64,000 nt of DNA from Octopus vulgaris (lineage: Eukaryota): assembly GCA_951406725.2 (NCBI GenBank), contig OX597826.1, forward strand, positions 25,544,001-25,608,000. The letters run 5' to 3'. Under the pieces are notes generated by a model. It saw nothing but the letters and a program-made list of their open reading frames with translations. It was not told where the DNA came from and made no database searches. This document shows positions 53,156-64,000 of this stretch, piece by piece. The position numbers and the translations under genes were made by a program. Position 1 is the stretch's first letter. Every line of letters begins with the position of its first letter.

Positions 53156-54239
53156 AATCACAACATTTTTCCTGAACGGGATGCCAAAGCAGATGCAGGG
53201 TTCGCGGCCAGCAATATTGAGGTAAGGGAGAGAGTTGATTACGTCGACTCCAGTACGTGACTGTTACATTACTTTTATCAACTCCGAAGGGATGAAAAGC
53301 AAAGTTGACCTCGACAGGATTTGGAAGAAATGTCACTGATCATTATGACCGACATACTAACCATTCCGCTACCTCGCCGCCATTTCACAGCTATTCAGCT
53401 ATCACATCCTGTGACTTCCGTTGGGCCAAGGTCGCTGGAAAAGAGAAGGTGTCTGTGTTCACTTATGATTTCGAGGCACTTAAAATAATTAGCGAAAGCA
53501 TGGTATATGGTACCCAACCATACTCGCTCATGGGTTCACTGCCGGTTCTTTAAGTACCAGATGACAATAGTGTTGTGCAGGAGAAAGCTGAAAAGTTACG
53601 GAATTATACTGATCTAACTCTTACACTAAAAATATTCTAACATTTAAGGAATGCATCTATTATTCTATTTGTAACAGGCACCACTGGAATGGTACAACTA
53701 CTCCCGTAAGAACATTGATAAATTACCAACAAGGATAGACAAGGGAATATAGCGATGTACTGGGATTTGTGAATATTCTTGGGACTTACACAACATTTCT
53801 TAGCTTTCAACACGTTTGTTAATTTTATATTTTTAACCTTGTTCTCCAAGGTGTTCATAATTCTTGCTTGACGAAAGGGAATTCTTGATCTCTCATCACC
53901 ATCATTATCTTCTTCCTCATCGTCATCGCCATCGTCATCGACGCTATCTCCAGATCATTAACGTCATCGTCATCATTATCATCAGCAGCGGTGCAACAAT
54001 TTTTCTCTTCCTTATCACCGTCGTTGTCGTCGTCGTTCTCATCACCGCCGTCATCTGTATTATCGTTGTCACCGTCCTCACCTTCGTTCGTCGTCGTCGT
54101 CGTCGTCATCATCATCATCATTATCACCATTATCATCAACATCATCGCCACAAACGCACTGGGTAAGGTGACATTACAAGGGCAGAATAATAAAGATCTT
54201 TTTAGTGTTACATCTAAACACACACACACACACAAGTAC

Positions 54240-54286
<47 letters not shown>

Positions 54287-54450
54287 AATACTCTCTCTCA
54301 CACACTCACACACAGATACACACATGCACTGTTTACACAAGCGATACTCATCAGATTCCGCTCTGATGTTTGGCACACACAAACCTCGTCGATACGAGAT
54401 CTCAACTCCCTCCTCAAGGTCCTCACATTCTCTATTAAATGACAGGGTAT

Positions 54451-54507
<57 letters not shown>

Positions 54508-54989
54508 CATATATATCAAAGATACAAAGACACACTTATGTACACAGGCACAAACACAGACAGACCGACACACACACACATGCATCAATTGTGCTGTAAT
54601 AGGTTTTAGAACTTGATACGCACAATGGTAAGACAATACCTAATCCACTCCATCATTTTTTTGCCGTCATAACCCAACAAACGCATGCGCAGATACCTAT
54701 CCACACGTGCGCACGCGCGTATACACAAAGTTACATGTACCTATATACACACATACACATATAGTACATGGTTGAACTCGCAGAAACTTACATATGTGCA
54801 TGTATAGAAAAGAAAATTGCATACACATATACAAACATATTTATGTACATTCCAAAACCCATACACATGCACACACACATATATTCACACAAACAAATAT
54901 TCGTACATACATTGATATATACATACATATGTATGTGCATACATACAATCATGTATACCTCATGCATGCGTTTATATATATATACATGC

Positions 54990-55037
<48 letters not shown>

Positions 55038-55149
55038 CTATAAATACAGCGTACATTTAAGCACATAAGAGGCATCCATCATATGACTCTTGTACGCTAG
55101 ACATTTCAGTTAAATTCCAAACCCTATTGGTAGATATTTTAATATTTTT

Positions 55150-55530
<381 letters not shown>

Positions 55531-55532
55531 AT

Positions 55533-56558
55533 TTGCGCTTATTGTCCTGTATCTCTCTTTTTTTGCTTGTCTTGTTCCTTGGTTTGTGTCTATGTTTTTC
55601 GTCTCTCTATGTGTTCGACGTCTTTTTGGTGTCCTGTACACATATATGCGTGTATATGTACATGTAGAGGTAGGTACGTACATATATGTTTATATATATG
55701 CATATGTTCTATTTTATTAACATATTATACGACTAAACGCACGCACCCTATTAAGTAAGATTGTTCTGTTTATCAAGTTAGCCTTGATATTAACTCTCAC
55801 GCGACTCTGCATCTTTCTTTCTTTCTCTCCCATTCCCTTTTTCCCTCACTTAACTTGTCTCTTCCTCTCTCTCTCCCCCTCACCGTTCTTCATGGTCTCC
55901 TCGCACCATTCCCCTTCTTCTCTCTCTTCCTCTTGCTCCTCCTCCTCCATTCCCGTCGTCCATCTGCGACGATACTTCCGTCGTAACTGCTATCCTGTCT
56001 TTTCTCGGCTGCCTTCTAAGGCTACTGGTCTGACATTCTTTCTCTCTCGTCGTCCACTATAATCCAGCGTTTGCAATACTTTTTTCGTCTGGCGTTAACA
56101 GCCCTTCTTATCTTGTTCTCTTTGTCCTGTCTCTCACTGTTATATATTTATTTTTCCACTGTTTATATATATATATTTTTACTGTTTATATGTTTGTACT
56201 GTCGTTACCGTCTTGCTTTTTTTTACCCCTCTGCGAAAAGATCTCAGAATTTTAATTGATTTGCTTTTCGCAGGAAGGAAGTTTTCTTCGAAGTATACGT
56301 CTCGCTTTTATCCTTCGAAACGTTTAGTAGATGAAACCTTAGCGACTGAAGAAGGGGATTTTTCGTTGTGCTTATTGTCCTGTATCTCTCTTTTTTTGCT
56401 TGTCTTGTTCCTTGGTTTGTGTCTATGTTTTTCGTCTCTCTATGTGTTCGACGTCTTTTTGGTGTCCTGTACACATATATGCGTGTATATGTACATGTAG
56501 AGGTAGGTACGTACATATATGTTTATATATATGCATATGTTCTATTTTATTAACATAT
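55533..56558 (+). mobile_element. Non-coding PLE-type element with 193-bp terminal direct repeats, embedded in (TA)n
   Basis: 55533-55725 matches 56366-56558; hammerhead core lies immediately before the 3' repeat. Confidence 0.65.
56226..56357 (+). ncRNA. Non-circularly permuted hammerhead-like ribozyme
   Basis: cccct-hairpin-gaagga-agttttc..acGTC-tcgct..tccttc-GAAA-cgt..gaaacct-t-agcga-CTGAAGA-agggg. Confidence 0.7.
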
Positions 56559-56588
56559 ATATATATATATATATACATACATATATAT

Positions 56589-56703
<115 letters not shown>

Positions 56704-56708
56704 CATAC

Positions 56709-57110
<402 letters not shown>

Positions 57111-57111
57111 G

Positions 57112-57155
<44 letters not shown>

Positions 57156-57319
57156 AGATAGGGGTTGTAAATGCAACCCTCCATGGGATAACATATATCC
57201 AATATACTGCTAGTGAAGTACCCAACAAAGTTAATACATAAATGTTAAGGATTGCGATGCAATCAATTCATTTACTGTATTATATGGGCAAAGGTAAAAT
57301 GATTTACCACAAATTACTA

Positions 57320-57587
57320 ATACAAGATAAGAAAATGGAGAAATACATCTAAATCAAATATCAATTACCAGATAATACTCAATCACATACCTTATTAAAC
57401 CACCACATAAGAGCTGTAGGGTTAAACATAAAAAAACAGAACAAACATTCCTTTATGTACACTGATTTGTTCTGCTTTTTTATGTTTAACCCTACAGTCT
57501 CTTATGTGGTAGTTTAATAAAGTAGGTGATTGAGTATTATCTGGTAATTGATATTTGATTTAGATGTATTTCTCCATTTTCTTATCT

Positions 57588-57592
<5 letters not shown>
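57320..57592. repeat. Imperfect foldback, ~125-bp arms
   Basis: atacaagataagaaaatgg...cagaacaaa / tttgttctg...ccattttcttatcttgtat. Confidence 0.85.
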
Positions 57593-57667
<75 letters not shown>

Positions 57668-57775
57668 TGTATGTATGTATGTATGTATGTATATATATAT
57701 ATATATATATATATTGATAAAAACGTTAAGATAACAAAAGAAATTATGTAAATTATGTAAATAGAGGAATTTATC

Positions 57776-58399
57776 TGTAAATGTAATGTGTGACAATTAT
57801 TCGGTAGCCAAGATAAACCACCGAGTTTCGGATGCCGAAGTGGAAATCCACGCCACCATCTCTTCAGTTAACCGGCCATCGGAAAAACGCTATGAAAAAT
57901 GACCGTTATATAAAGGGAAATTACTGTGTTATTGACCGCTAATAAGACAAAAGAGCTATTCGAATGACCGCTACTTAAGGTAAGGGGGTAAAAAGTTCAT
58001 AGTATTCGCGTAAGCGCGCCTGTTCATACCTACATATGTGTGAGTTTGTATGTATATGTATATACATTTGGCGAAGGATGCGAGGGAAGATGCGTACGTT
58101 TTTCTAGTGAGGGTGGATGAATGTATGCGTACGCACGCGGGTGTGCGGGCGCACGTGTTAGGTATGAACAGGCGCGCTTACGCGAACTTTTTACCCCCTT
58201 AACTTTATTAGCGGGCATTCGAATAGCTCTTTTGTCTTATTAGCGGTCAATAACACAGTAATTTCCCTTTATATAACGGTCATTTTTCATAGCGTTTTTC
58301 CGATGGCCGGATAACTGAAGAGATGGTGGCGTGGATTTCCACCTCGGCATCCGATACTCGGAGTTTTATCTTGGCTACCGAATAATTGTCACGTATTAC

Positions 58400-58406
<7 letters not shown>
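57776..58406. mobile_element. Inverted PLE terminal-repeat pair with a type I hammerhead in each arm
   Basis: Arms 57776-58032 and 58159-58406; gataa-CTGAAGA-gatg..catc-c-GA(A/T)A-ctcggaGTT-ttatc at 58305-58376 (+) and 57806-57877 (-). Confidence 0.75.
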
Positions 58407-58462
<56 letters not shown>

Positions 58463-58762
58463 CACGCGTCTTTGCTAGTATATACGCAGTGAAGCTATAC
58501 ATTAGCGACGTATTTATTACACACAAACGCATACATATATATGTGTACATATACTTTGCATGTAACAACATAATTACATTTATACATCTATTTCATACAT
58601 ATAGACAGACAAAATGACAGATAAGCAAATCAAAAGAACAAGAAGATTGAATGTGAAAATGACATGGTAATAATAATAATAATAATGACAATAGCAACAA
58701 CAACAACAACAATAACAACAACAGTAACAACAACAACAATAATAATAATGATAACAACAAAG

Positions 58763-59120
58763 AATGAAAGGCAAAGTCGACCTCGGCGGAATTTGAACTC
58801 AGAACGTAGCTGCAGACGAAATACCTATTTCTTTACTACCCACAAGGGGCTAAACACAAAGAGGACAAACAAGGACAAACAAACGGATTAAGTCGATTAT
58901 ATCGACCCCAGTGCGTAACTGGTACTTAATTTATCGACCACGAAAGGATGAAAGGCAAAGTCAACCTCGGCGGAATTTGAACTCAGAACGTAACGGCAGA
59001 CGAAATACGGCTACGCATTTCGCCCGGCGTGCTAACGTTTCTGCCAGCTCGCCGCCGGGCAGACGAAATACCGTTAAGCATTTCTTCTAGCGTGCTAAGG
59101 CTTCGGCTAGCTCGCCGCCT
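58763..59120 (-). mobile_element. Young SINE B (58826-59058) inserted in an older SINE B with a 14-bp TSD
   Basis: gcagacgaaatacc at 58812-58825 and 59059-59072. Confidence 0.85.
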
Positions 59121-59332
59121 TCGTCGCTTTCTTGATAATGATAATCATAAAATAATAACTCTTTCCACTAAAAGCATAAGGCCTGAAATTAACGACTGTT
59201 CTCGACGGATCATCGAAGGCGGCGTGCTGGCAGAATCATTAGGACACTGGGCAAATGCTTAGTGGCATTTTGTCCGTCTTTAGGTTCTGAGTTCAAATTC
59301 CACCGAGGTGGACTTTACTTTTCAAGATATAG

Positions 59333-59371
<39 letters not shown>

Positions 59372-59728
59372 CATAGAGAGAAAGATAGATAGATAAATAT
59401 ATAGATAAATAGATGGAGAGAGAGAGAGTGAGATGGAGAGAAGAGGGAAAGAAACCTAAAGAAGGGGAGCACTAAGTAAGGAATTTCAGAAGTAGTCAAA
59501 GAGGCACCAATGTCATCACGTAGACAGATTTATCGAATGACGTATTAGAAATAACTCAGTGCTTATAGAACCTGCTTAGGACTACAGAATGACAATAACA
59601 AGATAAACAGAATGTACCTGAATTCCAGAACAGCTGAATAACAGAGTAACAAAATCAGTGAAGAAATACCAGAGATGATATATACGTACGTACGCACGCA
59701 CACACGCACACACATACATACATACATT

Positions 59729-60317
59729 GCTAGACTCAAATGGTCGAAGGTTTATAACCTCTTTACAACTGGAAGGATGAAGACGTCATGGTCAGTTAGT
59801 TTTGTGAACAAAAATTACATCCGAAATGGCCACCTAGTTGTTACAGGCGGAACGAGGTTATCTCCCATACATCGATTTCGGTCGTAGTGATATTCGAAGA
59901 TGCTGCTGAGATTCTATTTAACGAATGGAGAATTCCTAGTTTGTAGCGGGAATCATCCTAGATGAAGGCATTGACCCAATACTTCTTTCCTGGAGTTTAA
60001 AAAGGTTCCTGTGTCAAGCGAGTTTTTTTTAGGATTCAAACTCTCTCTTCCAATCAAAGCTTACGTCGTTTGTTCCCGTTTATGTAAGTTTGCGGTTGTT
60101 CAAGGAGCTTCCATTTATTGGAATTTCCCATTCATTGTATAGCGCCGCTGTAGCATCTTCGGATATCACCTCGACCGGAATCGATGTAAGGGAAATAACC
60201 CAGTCCCGTCTGTAACACATCCCGAAAGGTCATTACGGATGTTTACAAAGCTAACTCACCATTGTGTCTTCCTCCAGCTGTAGAGAGGTTATGCATCTTC
60301 GGCCATTTGAGTCTGGC
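59729..60317. mobile_element. Old MITE with long diverged TIRs
   Basis: gctagactcaaatggtcgaag...tcgaagatgct / agcatcttcgg...cttcggccatttgagtctggc. Confidence 0.7.
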
Positions 60318-61426
60318 GAGTCGCCTAAACGACTAAGCGCTTTATAGGTGCGAAACCAATAGTCAGTCTCTGACCGCTCATATCAATCCCAAATGGGACA
60401 TCAGTCCGTTGCAATGTCCATGACCGGTAACTTTTGGCGTGGGGAGAGAGGACAAATCGATTAAACCGACCCCAGTTATTGATAGGTTACCTTATTTTTA
60501 TCGACCCCGAAGGGATGAATGGCAAATCTGAGAGCGTAAGGACGCAGAAGAAATGCTACTAAGCATTTTATCCGATGTGCTACCGACTTTGCTAATTCAC
60601 TGCCATTTTGCGTTAACTCAACTGTAAACAAAACCCAGTCAGGGTGATGCTAGTGCAGTACTTTCCCTTCCACTGGATTTTACATTCTGGATGTTCTGTT
60701 GGCTCAATTCTAACGAGGCCGAGAGAGTATTTGTGTGTGTTAGTGATTACATATACAATAAAAACAATTAACTAAAACATACTCGCTCGCGAGTGACGGC
60801 TGGTTGTACTGTGTAAATAAATGATTAAAGAGGTGGCTGAAATGAGCAGGTTGTAAAAGCTGTTGTGATTTGTCAACTGATCATTTGGTGCAATTTTGGC
60901 AAAATAGGTTTTCGCCAGTAGGATTACAATTTACGAATATGCAGTGACTTGGTCTTAGGTGAATCGAGTGGAAGTGTGCAGATGACAGTGTGTGTGTGTG
61001 TGTGTGCGCGCGCGCGTGGCGAGTGTGAGATAGATAGCATTGGTATGGAAGACTAAAAGGAGCACAACGCTTTATTATTCCCATGATACTGACGAAAGAA
61101 GTTCATACAGAAGTTTTGGATAAATAAATTGGAAGTCGGCTGTGTACGTTTAAAAGATATATACTGTTAACTTAAATATATCGATCTCGGTAGATCAATA
61201 AGCAATAAAGTTAATTCAAAATTGAAATCAGTTAAGTATCCATAGAGGATTCGTAACCAAACCCAGGGTTATCACAGCATGATATATGAGGCAAAAATAG
61301 GAAACAAGCTATGACAAGAGAGAATAACGTGTACGTGACTATGAAGGTAGTGGCATGTATGAGGTGTGTGCTCGAGTATTAATGTGCGCGCACGCATGTT
61401 TGTCAGTCTGTCTGCCTATCTATCTG

Positions 61427-61497
<71 letters not shown>

Positions 61498-61499
61498 GT

Positions 61500-61665
61500 C
61501 TGTGAAGTGAGAGAAAGTTGTGGCGAAAGAGTACAGCAGGGAACGCCACCACCCCCTGCCAGAGCTTCGTGGCGCTTTAGGTGTTTTCGCCCGGTCTGGG
61601 AATCGAAACCGCGATCCTACGACCGCGAGTCTGCTGTCCCAACCACTGGGCCATTGCACCTCCAC
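61500..61665 (-). mobile_element. SINE family C, 5' half
   Basis: cccaaccactgggccattgcacctcc, reverse of the family C head. Confidence 0.8.
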
Positions 61666-61736
<71 letters not shown>

Positions 61737-61859
61737 ATATCTATATATAAAGCCCATGTTATAATTATGGAAATATGTAGCACTTCCACAGTGCATTTGC
61801 TTCCTCCGATGTCCTGATTTGAAATCACCATCAACCAAAGGTGCAGTGCTTCCATTTTT

Positions 61860-62080
61860 ATCGTTATCTTTTATCTTTCCTCTGTAACTGCTTTCAGTCA
61901 TTTGACTACGGCCATGCTGGGGCACCGCCTGAAGCGGTTTTAGTCGAACAAATCAACCCAAGAACTTACTTTTTTTTTAAAAAGCCTAGTACTAATTCTA
62001 ATGTTCCCTTTTGTCGAATCACTAAGTTACGGGGATGTAAACACTAAAACCGGTTGTCAAGCGGTGGCGAGGGACAAACA
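61860..62080 (-). mobile_element. SINE family A, 3' half
   Basis: tttcagtcatttgactacggccatgctgggg...ccggttgtcaagcggtgg. Confidence 0.75.
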
Positions 62081-62108
62081 TATACACTCACACACACGCG
62101 CGAGCACA

Positions 62109-62169
<61 letters not shown>

Positions 62170-63938
62170 CTGTATGTATACAAAACAAAAAAAAATGTGT
62201 ATTATATAGGCAGCAGTATGAAGTGCTCAGGTAGAGAACCCGAGATGCAAGATATAAATAATATTTAAGAGGAGAATTCAAGCAAGTTCAATCATTTATA
62301 TAAACATATAGTCAGACATAAACCAATGTATATCAGTCATTAAAATATCAAAACATTAAAATTTTATGAATATATAAATATATAAAAATATAATATACAT
62401 ATATGGATAGAAATATCAAACTGAGGTATACAAATGTTGATCTTTAAAATTATATATAAACATCTTAAACTACTATCCTGTTAATAGATTAAAAGCGTTG
62501 TTAAAATCATTAAAGAATGAAAATATAAGTCCTTACGAAAAAGTGAATAAAAAAGTTGAAAGCATGGCGGTTGGAGTCTCCAAAGAACAGATATAGTTTA
62601 AATAATTAGGTAGTAGTGTTCCAACGGCCGTTTCAGGGTTCAGCATGAAATAACCAGAAGAAGTCTAAATGAAAGAGAGACAATGACAGTGACCCGGCAG
62701 AACGAATATATTCTTGCGCGCGCATGTGTTGGTGAGAATGGTGTATGTGAGTGTGTATGTGTGGATGGTGGTGAGTTTGTGAGTATGTATGGGTGAGCTG
62801 AAAAATATGTAGACCTATGTGTGTGTGTGTGTATGTGTGTGTGTGTGCGTGTTTGTAAGTGACTCAGTGCGTACATTATGTGGTGTGATATGCGTTACAT
62901 GTACTGGTATGTATGTGCGTGTGTATATGGATATACTTACTTTTTGTAAAGCCTGGTACTTACTCTTTCGGTATCTTTTGCCGGACAGCTACGTTATGGG
63001 GCCGTAAGCAAACAAGCAGCGGTTATCAAGCGGCGATGGGGGACAGGCACGTACACATACACACACGTACACTCGTACACGTATAAATGTGATGCTGTGT
63101 CATAATTAAACTGCATGATGTCCGTGGCAGTCCTTGAGTTTAGCGAATCCCTCGGGCCTCCACGATTATACAAGCTTATACGGCAGACCCAAAAGTGTCC
63201 CCCTCATAACACCTTCCCCACTAGTCACGCTGCTGTTCTGCTTTTATGGAAATAATCAAACAAATTATTTGCTGATGCGTCCTGATGTCTGTCAAATGGA
63301 TAATAAATCATCACGTGCACATAGAACAGCGAGGATAAAAACAATTGTATGCCTATTCAGCGATTGGCATATTCACGTCCGGGTCTACGGGAACATATTA
63401 AGAATGAATAACTAGGTAGATCAGTGCTTACCACGTTTATTTACATACACTTTGGTAAACTCCAAAGCGAAGTTGTCAGGTAATTGCCTGATTGTTCAGT
63501 TCAGCCGATCAAAGGTAATGTCAAGCTACCTCATTAATTCCTGCAACATCAATTTATGTTTTCTGTACCGCTTCGTTTAGAAAATAGATATTGACCAATC
63601 AGAATGTATTATTGCAGTTTAGCTGCTGTTCATTGATGTGACAGTAATTAATAGCCAATAGTTAGTAAACGATTGTGACTGAACAATGTCAAATTAAATG
63701 TGAGCCGCGATCTCAACATAATTTGTGCGTGTCTGTAAGCAAGAAATATGGAACTATGACGGTAGCAAAATAACGCTATGTAAAATTATGTAGGTGTGTG
63801 TATTTGCGACTGTGTGAAAAAGAGAGGGAAGACAAAGAAAAATATAGAAGACTGACAGTAGCAAGATACGCTATATGCATGTATTTGTAAAATTATGAGT
63901 GTATTTATTTGACTGACCGTATGCGAGAGCGACAAAAG

Positions 63939-63975
<37 letters not shown>

Positions 63976-64000
63976 GGAAGACTGACTGTAGCAAAACATG

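Overview
AT-rich, microsatellite-saturated metazoan non-coding DNA. No host protein-coding exon can be supported, and nearly all ORFs in the track are translations of simple repeats. The tRNA-derived SINE families and (TA)n/(CA)n/(TATG)n load suggest an Octopus (coleoid cephalopod) genome (inference). The window is a mosaic of three tRNA-SINE families, Penelope-like retroelement (PLE) fragments including an open GIY-YIG endonuclease ORF, non-autonomous Helitrons, mariner/maT/hAT remnants and MITEs, CR1-, R4/Dong-, RTE- and Ty3/gypsy-type fragments, and many foldback palindromes. Top signals: (1) three sequence-divergent loci (about 3.7, 35.2 and 56.2 kb) carry a hammerhead ribozyme core whose three strands lie in a non-circularly permuted order (NUH strand, GAAA strand, CUGANGA strand), with five helices whose sequences differ between copies while pairing is kept. 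(2) An ORF1-only Tx1/L1-like retroelement and a diverged relative are inserted in tandem at one 15-bp site inside a SINE head. (3) A SINE subfamily repeatedly inserts at one fixed site within its own family. All structures were read by eye; nothing was folded or searched computationally.
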